From Candidatus Woesearchaeota archaeon (GTDB lineage: Archaea; Nanobdellota; Nanobdellia; Pacearchaeales; GW2011-AR1), in NCBI GenBank assembly GCA_964403535.1, contig CAYOFN010000001.1, positions 2,003 to 66,002 of the forward strand: a stretch of DNA of 64,000 nucleotides, written 5' to 3'. How positions within the stretch are numbered: the stretch's first letter is position 1; the number at the start of each line of letters is the position of its first letter. The notes under the pieces were generated by a model that was not told where the DNA came from, searched no databases, and saw only the letters and a list, made by a program, of their open reading frames with translations. Made by a program: the position numbers and the translations under genes. This document shows positions 37,012 to 46,357 of this stretch, one piece after another.

Positions 37012-37193
37012 TTTTCTTTTGACCTTAAACCTAATTTGTAACTATTACGCAGTAACTACTATATTTAAAGCTTTCGATAGGAGTTTTTCTCTATTATTAA
37101 CTTCAAGTTAGAAAAGTAGTTTTTCAAGTTAACTTTATAAATATCTTGTTTCTTATTCTTTAATAAAAGAGCAAATTTAATTTAAAACAAAAA

Positions 37194-38912
37194 ATGAAAA
37201 TCTTAAGTTTACACTGCGACTACATCACATTTAAACCCCTTAAAAAAGCACTTAAATCAATAGGAAAACTTGTAAACGGGGCAGAAAAAGAAAAAAGAGT
37301 AGATGAAGCTTTGACAATATTTACCGCAGTAGAAAAAAAAGACGAGTCAAATAAAAATCTGCTAAAACATTTTATCAGTAATATAGAAGATATAGCAAAT
37401 AAGGTTAATGCAAAAAACATTGTTCTCTACCCCTATGCACATCTCTCTCCCTCTCTTGCCTCGCCTGAGTTTGCACAGGATATTCTTGAAAAAGCAGAAA
37501 AAGCACTAAGCAAGAAATTTAAGACCACACGAGCTCCATTCGGCTACTATAAAGAATTCGAGCTCAAGTGCAAAGGGCATCCTTTAGCTGAATTATCCAG
37601 GGAGATTCATCATGAAGGAACAGAAGAAAAAGATGAAAAAGTAATTGAGCCAAACGAAACATACGACTGCTCAAAATTACTTAATCAGGTTTGTAAAGTC
37701 CATCTTGATAAGAGAAAATTAAAAGAAAACGACCATAGGATTTTAGGAGAAAAACTGGATTTGTTTAGCTTTTTTGATTGCGCTCCTGGCATGGTTTTTT
37801 GGCATAATAAAGGATGGATAATTTACAATCAGCTTATAGAGTTTTGGAGAGAGGAGCATAAAAAATCAGGATATGAAGAGATTTCAACTCCTCAGATTAT
37901 GGATAAAAAGTTATGGCAGATTTCAGGGCACTGGGATAAATACAAGGAAAATGTTTTTCTTACAAAATACGAAGACAGAGAATTTGTAATAAAACCTATG
38001 AATTGCCCTGGAGGAATTTTAATTTTTAAAGAAAAGCCAAAATCTTACAAAGAACTTCCACTAAGAGTAGGAGAACTTGGAACTGTCTATAGGCAGGAAT
38101 TATCCGGAGTTTTAGGAGGTTTGTTCAGAGTTCTAAAATTTACTCAGGACGATGCTCATATATACTGCGAGGAAAAACAACTAGAAGAGGAAATTATAAA
38201 GATTATTGATTTAATTGACAGGTTTTATAAAAAATTTAATTTCGCATACCATATTGAACTTTCAACTCGCCCTGAAAAAAGAATAGGATCAGATAAACTC
38301 TGGGATAAAGCAGAAAAAGTTCTTGAGTCTGTCTTAAATAAGAAAAAAACAAAATTTAAATTAAACAAAGGAGATGGAGCTTTTTACGGGCCAAAAATAG
38401 ACTTTCATATTCAGGACTCTTTGGGAAGAACATGGCAGACAGCAACAATTCAGCTTGACTTTGCAATGCCTGAGAGATTTGATTTAACTTATACTGATAA
38501 AGATAATAAGAAAAATCGTCCAGTAATGCTTCACAGGACAGTATACGGAAGTTTAGAAAGATTCATTGGAATTCTGCTTGAGCATACTTCTGGAAATCTC
38601 CCAACCTGGCTTTCTCCAATTCAGTGCAGAGTACTAAGTTTTACAGATAGGAATATTAGTGCATCTGAAAAAATCCTTGAGCAATTAAAAGAACAAGGAA
38701 TAAGAGCAGACTCTGACTTTGACTCATCAAGAATAAATGAAAAAGTCAGAAATGCAGAACTGCAAAAAATCCCCTATATTATTGTAATTGGAGATAAAGA
38801 AGAGCAAAATCAAACTTTAGCTATCAGGCATAGAGGAGAAAAACTAAAGTTTGGAGTAAAATATGATGAATTTATTTCTGAGCTGAAAAAGGAGATTAAG
38901 GAGAGGAAATAA
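37194..38912 (+). CDS. thrS: threonyl-tRNA synthetase, archaeal type with N-terminal archaeal editing domain
   Basis: 572 aa with an N-terminal archaeal-ThrRS editing-domain pattern (MKILSLHCDYITFKP) and class II core motifs (FRQELSGVLGGLFRV, HRTVYGSLERF). Confidence 0.85.
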   Translation: MKILSLHCDYITFKPLKKALKSIGKLVNGAEKEKRVDEALTIFTAVEKKDESNKNLLKHFISNIEDIANKVNAKNIVLYPYAHLSPSLASPEFAQDILEKAEKALSKKFKTTRAPFGYYKEFELKCKGHPLAELSREIHHEGTEEKDEKVIEPNETYDCSKLLNQVCKVHLDKRKLKENDHRILGEKLDLFSFFDCAPGMVFWHNKGWIIYNQLIEFWREEHKKSGYEEISTPQIMDKKLWQISGHWDKYKENVFLTKYEDREFVIKPMNCPGGILIFKEKPKSYKELPLRVGELGTVYRQELSGVLGGLFRVLKFTQDDAHIYCEEKQLEEEIIKIIDLIDRFYKKFNFAYHIELSTRPEKRIGSDKLWDKAEKVLESVLNKKKTKFKLNKGDGAFYGPKIDFHIQDSLGRTWQTATIQLDFAMPERFDLTYTDKDNKKNRPVMLHRTVYGSLERFIGILLEHTSGNLPTWLSPIQCRVLSFTDRNISASEKILEQLKEQGIRADSDFDSSRINEKVRNAELQKIPYIIVIGDKEEQNQTLAIRHRGEKLKFGVKYDEFISELKKEIKERK

Positions 38913-38998
38913 CTGGTCTCAATAAAAAAGAAGTTTAAACACAAAACATTTATATACTCCATGTATATATCATATATACTAAATATACATGAGAAAAA

Positions 38999-39244
38999 AT
39001 GGTACAAGCAATGATTGAAATTCCTGATGAAGCAAATCAGATTTTGAATATTATCAAAGCAAGATATAATTTAAGAACCAAAAGTGAGGCAATTGCAAAG
39101 ATAGTCATTGAATATGGCGCGAACATAATTGAGCCAGAGCTAAGACCTGAATATCTTGTAAAACTAGAGAGAATAAGAAAAGAAGGGCATGGAGAGATTT
39201 TTCATTCTATTGAGGAATTAAGAAAAAAGATAGAAAAGAAGTAA
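38999..39244 (+). CDS. putative antitoxin
   Basis: 81-aa ORF ending 2 nt before the RelE-like toxin start. Confidence 0.4.
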   Translation: MVQAMIEIPDEANQILNIIKARYNLRTKSEAIAKIVIEYGANIIEPELRPEYLVKLERIRKEGHGEIFHSIEELRKKIEKK

Positions 39245-39245
39245 G

Positions 39246-39518
39246 ATGCCCTATAACTATAAAACCAGCAAGAGCTTAGACAAAACTCTCTGTAAACTTC
39301 TTAATAAAAACAAACCTTTATATGAACAAGTTTTGAAGAAAATTAATGAGGTAATCCATTCAGATGATATCGAGCACTATAAAAACCTACGATATAACTT
39401 AAGCGATAAAAAAAGAGTTCATATTGGACATTTTGTATTGGTTTTTCAATATAACAAAATTTTGAATCTGATTGAGTTTGATGATTTTGACCATCACGAT
39501 AATATTTACAAGAAATAA
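39246..39518 (+). CDS. RelE/ParE-family toxin
   Basis: 90 aa with the C-terminal RelE/ParE pattern (RVHIGHFVLVFQYNKILNLIEFDDFDHHDNIYKK). Confidence 0.55.
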   Translation: MPYNYKTSKSLDKTLCKLLNKNKPLYEQVLKKINEVIHSDDIEHYKNLRYNLSDKKRVHIGHFVLVFQYNKILNLIEFDDFDHHDNIYKK

Positions 39519-39590
39519 ATTATTTCTGAGAGTAACCCCCAATAGTTTCATCAATCTTCTCCCTCCCTCACCCGAAAAATATATAACCCT

Positions 39591-40121
39591 TTGATTTATC
39601 TACTATCAATGAACCTCTCACACTGCCTTGAGAAAATTGAAACTAGCCAGCAATTTAAGAACTTTCTAGAAAAAAATCCAGAAGCAAAATTATGCGCAGG
39701 TTTCTTTGTTCTGGATTTTAAAGAATTTAAAGACCAGTCTCAGATTGACTACTGCACTCCAGATGGAGATATCTTTACATTCACCTTAAATAATGAAATT
39801 ACACTTACAAAACCAGAAATGATTGAAGAAGAGAAAAAACTTTCTCCTCTGGACAGAGAGAAAATTAAGATAGAACTTCAGAGTTTAAAGAGAATTGTAG
39901 AATCAGAGATGGAAAAAAACAAAGTTAGTTCTAATTTAGAAAAAATAATAGCAATAATCCAGAATTTTGAATTAAAAGATAAACCTACCTCATTAATATG
40001 GAATCTTACCTGCATGCTACCTGGATTAAAAATCATCCAAGTATGGATAGATGCATTTTCAGGAGAAATTCTAAAATTCGAAGATAAGAGCTTGTTTGAT
40101 GTTATCAAGAAAGTAAAATAA
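39591..40121 (+). CDS. hypothetical protein
   Basis: 176-aa ORF. Confidence 0.3.
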   Translation: MIYLLSMNLSHCLEKIETSQQFKNFLEKNPEAKLCAGFFVLDFKEFKDQSQIDYCTPDGDIFTFTLNNEITLTKPEMIEEEKKLSPLDREKIKIELQSLKRIVESEMEKNKVSSNLEKIIAIIQNFELKDKPTSLIWNLTCMLPGLKIIQVWIDAFSGEILKFEDKSLFDVIKKVK

Positions 40122-40228
40122 ATAAATCTGGATAAATTTTTTAACCCACCTTTAATTAACTTAAAACCTAATCTAAATGAGTATATCTTTATTTTTAATT
40201 ATTAATTTTTTTAAGTCTATGCTCATTT

Positions 40229-41518
40229 TCACTCACCCTTAAACTCAACTATAGAAAAAACTTTCCAGATGGAAAGTTTTTCTCTTCCTTTTAAGTCTGC
40301 AAGTTCAATAACAAAAGCAATTTCCTCAATTTTTCCACCTAATTTTTCAATTAAACTGCATGCAGCAGATGCACTTCCTCCAGTAGCAATTAAATCATCA
40401 ACAACCAAAACTCTTTGCCCTGGTTTGATTGCATCTTTATGAATTTCAATTGCATCTTTTCCATATTCCAGTTCATACTCTTGTTTTATAGTCTCAGCAG
40501 GCAGTTTTCCTGGTTTTCTTATAGGAACAAATTCAGCACCAAGCCTGTCAGCTAAAATTCCCCCAATAATAAATCCCCTGCTCTCAATTCCTGCTACAAT
40601 TTCTATACCTGTATTCTTATATCTCCTCTCTAGTATCTCCATAACTTTCTTCATTCCTTCTTTATCTTTAAGAAGAGTAGTAATATCTCTGAACATTATT
40701 CCTGGCTTTGGAAAATTTGGAATTGTTCTTATTTTTCCTTTAATATACTCTTTTTCTTGTTCACTTACCTGCTGGTTAGCAAGTCTTGGAATAACTTCAA
40801 GAATTAAGTTTTTTACTTTATCAGAATTTTCTTTCATTCTCTTTTTTATCATCTCCCAAGTAACTGGTTCTTCATCTTTTTTCCAACAGTCATAATCAGT
40901 AGCCATTGCAATACTAGCATACTCTATCTCTGCTTCTTTTGCAAGTGCAACTTCAGGAAAAGCAGTCATTCCAATTATATCTGCAAAATTCTTAAAAAAA
41001 TAACTCTCAGAGCGAGAAGAAAATCTTGGTCCTTCAATAACTGCAATTGTAGCTCTCTCATGTATTTTAAATCCTAAATTTTTTGCTGTATTTATTAAAC
41101 TTTCTCTAATCAGATTTGAAAAAGGTTCAGCCATGCTAATATGCTGGACTTTTCCTTCTCCTATTTCATCATAAAAAGTATTTTTTCTTGATTTTGTAAA
41201 GTCAATGAACTGGTCAGGAAAAATCAAATCTCCAGGTTTAATTCCTTCTCTTAAACTTCCAACAGCACTTGAAGCAATAATATGAGTTACTCCAAGCATT
41301 TTCAAAGCAGCAATATTTGCTCTGTAATTAATTTGTGAAGGAGGAATCTCGTGCTTTTTCCCGTGCCTTGCAAGAATGCATATATCAACTCCCTCAATCT
41401 TCCCACAAACTATTTTAGAACTTGGTTTTCCATACTTTGTCTCTACTTCTTTTTCTTCATACTTTTCAATTAAATTAGGGTCATCTAACCCGCTTCCACC
41501 AATAATCCCTATTTTCAT
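40229..41518 (-). CDS. fusion protein: 5'-methylthioadenosine phosphorylase (PNP family 2) N-terminal domain plus adenine phosphoribosyltransferase C-terminal domain
   Basis: N-terminal MTAP motifs (MKIGIIGGSGLDDP, GMTAFPEVALAKEAEIEYASIAMATDYD). C-terminal APRT motifs (IRTIPNFPKPGIMFRDITTLL, VLVVDDLIATGGSASAA). Confidence 0.7.
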   Translation of the reverse strand: MKIGIIGGSGLDDPNLIEKYEEKEVETKYGKPSSKIVCGKIEGVDICILARHGKKHEIPPSQINYRANIAALKMLGVTHIIASSAVGSLREGIKPGDLIFPDQFIDFTKSRKNTFYDEIGEGKVQHISMAEPFSNLIRESLINTAKNLGFKIHERATIAVIEGPRFSSRSESYFFKNFADIIGMTAFPEVALAKEAEIEYASIAMATDYDCWKKDEEPVTWEMIKKRMKENSDKVKNLILEVIPRLANQQVSEQEKEYIKGKIRTIPNFPKPGIMFRDITTLLKDKEGMKKVMEILERRYKNTGIEIVAGIESRGFIIGGILADRLGAEFVPIRKPGKLPAETIKQEYELEYGKDAIEIHKDAIKPGQRVLVVDDLIATGGSASAACSLIEKLGGKIEEIAFVIELADLKGREKLSIWKVFSIVEFKGE

Positions 41519-41520
41519 GA

Positions 41521-41802
41521 TTATGCTGCTCCAGAAAGAATCCTTTCTTTTATTGTTTCTCCCATAACCATTCCTCCGTAAACTCCTCTAAATGCAATTC
41601 GATCATATGGAATGAGCTCTGATACATCAACCTCCCCCCACGCCCTTATACCTTTATACTTTACCATAATTGCGCTCCTTTCAGTAGAACTAACTTCTCC
41701 ACAAACTATCTGGTTTTCAAAAGTCAGAATAAAGATTCTATCTCCAGATTTAATACTCTCTCTATCTGGAGTCTCTTTATCAGGCATATCAGTTCTAGGC
41801 AT
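41521..41802 (-). CDS. hypothetical protein
   Basis: 93-aa ORF. Confidence 0.3.
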   Translation of the reverse strand: MPRTDMPDKETPDRESIKSGDRIFILTFENQIVCGEVSSTERSAIMVKYKGIRAWGEVDVSELIPYDRIAFRGVYGGMVMGETIKERILSGAA

Positions 41803-41852
41803 TATTTTCTAATTTGAATTATATTTAAAAACATAATTACAATGAAGTATAT

Positions 41853-43238
41853 ATGAAAATTCCTTTAAAAAATGAAATTAGAAAACCTAGCAAAACTCTG
41901 GCAGGAGTAACTCCAATTGCAGTAATGTGCAAGCCACGCAAATGCCCGCATGGAACCTGCCTCTACTGCCCGTCTCTCTCTGTACCTCAGTCCTATACTC
42001 CTCTATCCCCCCCTGTAATAAGAGCTAAACTTCTGAGTTACTCTGCTTTTGAACAAGTAAAATCAAGGTTAAAAGCATTTAAGATTATGAATCATCCTAC
42101 AAATAAAATAGAATTAATTATTATGGGAGGAACATTTCCCTCTTTTCCTATAAAATATCAAACTGCTTTTATTAAATCCTGTTATGATGCTCTAAATAAT
42201 AAAAAATCCAAAACACTAGAACAAGCTAAAAACCTAAATCAAAAATCAAAGCATAGATGCGTTGCCCTGTGCATTGAAACTCGTCCAGACTATTGTGGAA
42301 AAAAGCAAATAAAACAGATGCTTGAATTTGGATGCACAAGAGTTGAATTAGGAGTTCAGGCAATTTCAGATAAAATCTACAAAAAAGTAAATCGAGGGCA
42401 TAAAGTTAAAGATGTTGTTCTTGCTACAAAACTACTTAGAGAAAATGGATTTAAAATAGGTTATCATCTGATGCCTGGACTTCCAGGAAGCAATATCATC
42501 AAAGATGAAGCTATGTTTAAAAAAATATTTTTAGATAAGAGATTTAAACCAGACCAATTAAAGATTTATCCGTGCCAGGTTTTAAAAGGAGCAGCACTGG
42601 AAAACTTATACAAAAAAGGAAAATACAAGCCATATACTAAAGAACAAATAGAAAAATTGCTAGTTAAATTCTATAAGCTTGTTCCAGAATACTGTAGGAT
42701 TATGAGAATAATGAGAGAAATTTCCCCAGCATACCTTACCGCAGGAACAATTCATATTGATTTAAGAAGAGATTTGGAAAAAGAAATAAAAAAATCAAAA
42801 CTTAAATCCAAAATTAAAGAAATAAGATTCAGAGAAATTGGATTTCAACTTAGAGACTTAAAAAAACACGAAAAACTAAGCAAAAAACTAATTCTTAAAA
42901 CAAGCAAATATCAAGCAGGGGATGGTGAAGAATACTTTCTTCAGTTTGTAAATAAAGATAATCTCTTATTTGGATTATGCAGACTGAGAATAACCTCAGA
43001 TAAGCGAGCGTTAATACGCGAGCTTCATGTTTATGGAAAATCAACAGCAATTGGGAAAAAAGGAAATATTCAGCACACAGGTTTAGGAAAAAAACTAATT
43101 AAAAAAGCAGAATCTCTCACCCAGAAGCATAAAATCAAAAATCTTAAAATAATTTCAGGAGTCGGTGCAAGAGAATACTATAAAAAACTTGGATATTCCT
43201 TGGATAAAAAAGGAGTTTATATGGAGAAAGATTTATAA
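41853..43238 (+). CDS. elp3: Elp3-family radical SAM / GNAT tRNA acetyltransferase (elongator protein 3 homolog)
   Basis: VTPIAVMCKPRKCPHGTCLYCP radical-SAM cluster motif and a C-terminal GNAT region (LRITSDKRALIRELHVYG). Confidence 0.8.
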   Translation: MKIPLKNEIRKPSKTLAGVTPIAVMCKPRKCPHGTCLYCPSLSVPQSYTPLSPPVIRAKLLSYSAFEQVKSRLKAFKIMNHPTNKIELIIMGGTFPSFPIKYQTAFIKSCYDALNNKKSKTLEQAKNLNQKSKHRCVALCIETRPDYCGKKQIKQMLEFGCTRVELGVQAISDKIYKKVNRGHKVKDVVLATKLLRENGFKIGYHLMPGLPGSNIIKDEAMFKKIFLDKRFKPDQLKIYPCQVLKGAALENLYKKGKYKPYTKEQIEKLLVKFYKLVPEYCRIMRIMREISPAYLTAGTIHIDLRRDLEKEIKKSKLKSKIKEIRFREIGFQLRDLKKHEKLSKKLILKTSKYQAGDGEEYFLQFVNKDNLLFGLCRLRITSDKRALIRELHVYGKSTAIGKKGNIQHTGLGKKLIKKAESLTQKHKIKNLKIISGVGAREYYKKLGYSLDKKGVYMEKDL

Positions 43239-43242
43239 ATAG

Positions 43243-43653
43243 TTGATTATGTGCGGTTGTATGGATTATAGAGATTTAGCTGACAGGTATGATGAAGTAG
43301 AATTTAACAATTCTGGAAGATTCTTTGCAGAGGTTAGACCCCGAGTACGTAGGACTGTGCGAGCTGCAAGAGAAGGTGCAATAAGATGTAGAGATATTCT
43401 CAAACCAAAAGAAGGAGATTATGTTGAAGATTTTTTAAAGGCTGTTTTCTTAGGTAACTTTCTTGGTTCACTATATGAACTCTCACTATTTGATGGAGTC
43501 TCAATAAAAAGGAGTTGTGAATCTTTAGCTGAAAAGTTTGAGAAGAGAACACTGAACAAAGAAGAATATAACTCTCTTTCTTCAATAGCAAGAAACTTCC
43601 TCAACAATGGAGATGCAGAAGTACTGAGAGGACTGAGGGTTTACTCAAACTAA
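43243..43653 (+). CDS. hypothetical protein
   Basis: 136-aa ORF. Confidence 0.3.
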   Translation: MIMCGCMDYRDLADRYDEVEFNNSGRFFAEVRPRVRRTVRAAREGAIRCRDILKPKEGDYVEDFLKAVFLGNFLGSLYELSLFDGVSIKRSCESLAEKFEKRTLNKEEYNSLSSIARNFLNNGDAEVLRGLRVYSN

Positions 43654-43754
43654 ATTGAATAATTCTCTATTAACTAATAATCTTTTCCCAGTCTTAACTC
43701 TCTAATCTTTAAGCAATAACTCCTCTTCCCAATTACAAATATAAAAATCAAGAA

Positions 43755-43788
43755 ATAAGATAAAAAATAAAAAAATAAAAAAATAAAA
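43755..43788 (-). terminator. oligo-T terminator downstream of pilin-like gene (minus strand)
   Basis: Reverse complement reads aattttatttttttatttttttattttttatc, nearly identical to the terminator at 35751-35790. Confidence 0.4.
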
Positions 43789-44274
43789 TTAAGCTGTGAA
43801 TGTGTCTGTATCTGTAACCGGACACTGCTTTATACTTCCGTCTTCAGCTGTTATTTGAGGAGCAATTCTAACCTGATAACTAGTATCCCTAGTTAATTCA
43901 TCAACCGCTGCAGGATCATCTTCTATTGTTATTGTTGAAGTTCCAAGAGCACTAGGTATCTTTGTAGGTTCATCTAAACTCCACATAGTAGCACCACTAA
44001 CAGCATCAACAACTAAAACTTTTACTCCAGCTAATGTTGTTTCATCAGTTCCTCTCTCAACTTGAACAGCAACAGAATCTACAGGATTATTTGTATTTGG
44101 AGTAACCCCACTTATAGTTAAATCAATTCCAATACATGCTGCAGTCCCTGTTATTGAGCCAGCTCCTTCGTCAACAGTTCCTCTTACAACCTGCCAGACA
44201 ATAACTATTGCAGCTAAGACTAGCAAGATAATAAGAATTGTTGTTATAATTTGTGACTGACCTTTTCTTTCCAT
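43789..44274 (-). CDS. pilin-like protein with class III signal peptide (MERKGQSQIITTILIILLVLAAIV)
   Basis: RKGQ followed by a hydrophobic helix, and a Thr/Asp-rich ectodomain. Confidence 0.5.
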   Translation of the reverse strand: MERKGQSQIITTILIILLVLAAIVIVWQVVRGTVDEGAGSITGTAACIGIDLTISGVTPNTNNPVDSVAVQVERGTDETTLAGVKVLVVDAVSGATMWSLDEPTKIPSALGTSTITIEDDPAAVDELTRDTSYQVRIAPQITAEDGSIKQCPVTDTDTFTA

Positions 44275-44558
44275 TTTTCTTAACCTCCTTTCACTCTTTT
44301 TTGTAAATATTTATTAACTAACCGACGAAAAAGGACTTTATAAATATTTTGATTTTTATGGCTTTTTTTATCAAACTCTTTTCCTTTTTCTCCACTGATA
44401 AGCTGAAAGGACCATCAAAAATAATCCAATCACCATTAGGACTGCTCTCCAAATCTCAATCTCCACCTCTCCAAATTTCATCCCAAAATACCATCCAACT
44501 CCAAAAACAAAAAATAAAAATCCAGCATATAGCAAAATTCTTGAGGTTATATTTCCTT

Positions 44559-45770
44559 TCATTTTTTATTAAAACTCCTTAGCAAATTAAAATACTCTTC
44601 TTTGCTCACTGTTTTATCAACCTCACTTAACCCAACTTGCTCTGAAAATTTCCAAAATGCCTCTGGTTTATACCCCTGTTTTCTCAGTGAAATTAAAGTA
44701 GGTAATCTCTCATCTTCCCATGACTTGTATTTTCCAGATTCAATATCTTTTCTCATCTGAGTTGTTGACAGATGCAAATCCTTAAAATGCCATCTTCCTA
44801 AAAAACCAGTCCACGGAGATTTTTTCCCAAGAGCTTTGAAAATCATTGCCTGTCTCTTTGCATTGTCTCTATGTTCCTTAGCTCTTATAATATGAGTCAT
44901 TCCTTGTTCAATGTCATCAACAGAAACAGCAAGATTCATTAGAGGCCAGACTCTGTATTTCTTTCCTTGCAGTGGATGAGGAGTATCATTTATTCTTGCA
45001 AGAGGAAAATCCCTAAAAGCAGGATTTTTATCCTGCATATCTGATTTAAATCTTAATACAGCCTCTCCTTCTTTGTACCCTCTCTTGCTTTTTGATAGCA
45101 TTTTCTCCCATCTTTCTAAATTCTCTTTCACAGACAAAGCCCTGCATGGGCAATTTTCTTTTTTCTCAATAGACTCTTTAAATTTTTCAGAAGCACAAGT
45201 ACAGACATAAGCTTTTTCTAATTTCAATAATTTTTCAGCATACTTATAATACAAACTCATCCTCTTAGACTGAATAATAATCTTTGCTTTATTATTAAAA
45301 AGCCATTTTGAATCTTCCTCTATCATTTTATAAGCTGATTTGTAAATATTTTCAGGATTTGTGTCCTCAATTCTAACATAAAATTTCCCCCCATACTTCT
45401 GCACATATAAAAACGAAATACAAGCAGTAGCAGCATGCCCAATATGCAAAGGCCCTGAAGGAGAAGGAGCAAACCTCATAATAACTTTATTTTTCTTTGC
45501 TCCAGGCAAATCTTCTAATCCCTCCCTGACTTTCCTGTGGCTTATCTCTTTTTCAAATATGGAAAATTCTTTTTTCTGCTCATCTAAACTCATTTTATTT
45601 ACTTTCTTAATCTCTTCTTTAATCTTAGGAATCATCTTCTTTACATCTTTTTTTTCAAGCCCTTCATGAAATAAAGAATTTAACACACTTCCTTCTTTAG
45701 CTTTCCCATCATACTCAAGAGCATTTTTAAGTGCATATGCAAGAATCTTTTTTTCTAAATCTTTTATCAT
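44559..45770 (-). CDS. gltX: glutamyl-tRNA synthetase catalytic core (archaeal type), apparently lacking the C-terminal anticodon-binding domain
   Basis: HIGH (RFAPSPSGPLHIGHA), RIEDTNPE and VDDIEQGMTHIIRAKEH motifs, and a degenerate KMSKS (LSTTQMRK). The protein ends ~55 aa later (403 aa total, versus ~550 aa typical). Confidence 0.7.
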   Translation of the reverse strand: MIKDLEKKILAYALKNALEYDGKAKEGSVLNSLFHEGLEKKDVKKMIPKIKEEIKKVNKMSLDEQKKEFSIFEKEISHRKVREGLEDLPGAKKNKVIMRFAPSPSGPLHIGHAATACISFLYVQKYGGKFYVRIEDTNPENIYKSAYKMIEEDSKWLFNNKAKIIIQSKRMSLYYKYAEKLLKLEKAYVCTCASEKFKESIEKKENCPCRALSVKENLERWEKMLSKSKRGYKEGEAVLRFKSDMQDKNPAFRDFPLARINDTPHPLQGKKYRVWPLMNLAVSVDDIEQGMTHIIRAKEHRDNAKRQAMIFKALGKKSPWTGFLGRWHFKDLHLSTTQMRKDIESGKYKSWEDERLPTLISLRKQGYKPEAFWKFSEQVGLSEVDKTVSKEEYFNLLRSFNKK

Positions 45771-46142
45771 TTAACCTCTTCCCCTCTCTAACCTCTCTAT
45801 CTTTCTTTCTAAAAGTTCAACTCTATCCATTACTTTTGATAATTTCTCAGAGATTCTTCTAATTCTTTCACTAATCTTTTTTTTATCCTCACTACTACTC
45901 TCTCCATACCCTGAAACTTCTGCTGAAGGAGCAGAAGCAATATTAGAAAAAAAATCAAATCCACCAGTACTCCCTGTATTTGCACTAGGAGTTTTTTCAG
46001 AACTGCTGCTTAAGTTTGCATAACTTCCCTCTTCAGCATTTCTTGTCTGAAGAATCCCTCTTTTCTGAAGTCTTCCTAAATCAACAACCTCATTTCTTTT
46101 TCTAAACTTTCTGAAAACATCACCTATGCCCATGCTATTCAT
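45771..46142 (-). CDS. hypothetical protein with C-terminal coiled coil
   Basis: 123 aa. Confidence 0.3.
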   Translation of the reverse strand: MNSMGIGDVFRKFRKRNEVVDLGRLQKRGILQTRNAEEGSYANLSSSSEKTPSANTGSTGGFDFFSNIASAPSAEVSGYGESSSEDKKKISERIRRISEKLSKVMDRVELLERKIERLERGRG

Positions 46143-46357
46143 ATACTTTTAGAGGTTTTAAATTTATTGAAATCCTTATTTTTTAACTACCTCTTTCTCA
46201 GAAATTAATTTTACTCTTGCAGATAGTTTAACTTTAACTTATTGAGACTATCCTCTTTGTTAATAAGTGTCTAACTCATACTTAGAACTCTCATTTTCTA
46301 AATTTTCTCATATAAGAAAATTTAAATATAACACTTGTCTTTTACTAAAAGAAAGAT

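Noticed and set aside
43700-43790. A-rich repeat block (aaaaaataaaaaaataaaaaaataaaatt) as a possible microsatellite or repeat element
   Set aside because: It is the complement of an oligo-T terminator for the minus-strand pilin-like gene and is typical low-complexity AT sequence. Not a repeat family.
44349-44582. Plus-strand 77-aa ORF versus minus-strand 63-aa TM ORF (44371-44562) downstream of gltX
   Set aside because: They overlap each other. Neither has strong support; the minus-strand one is more protein-like (a TM helix) but too uncertain to call.
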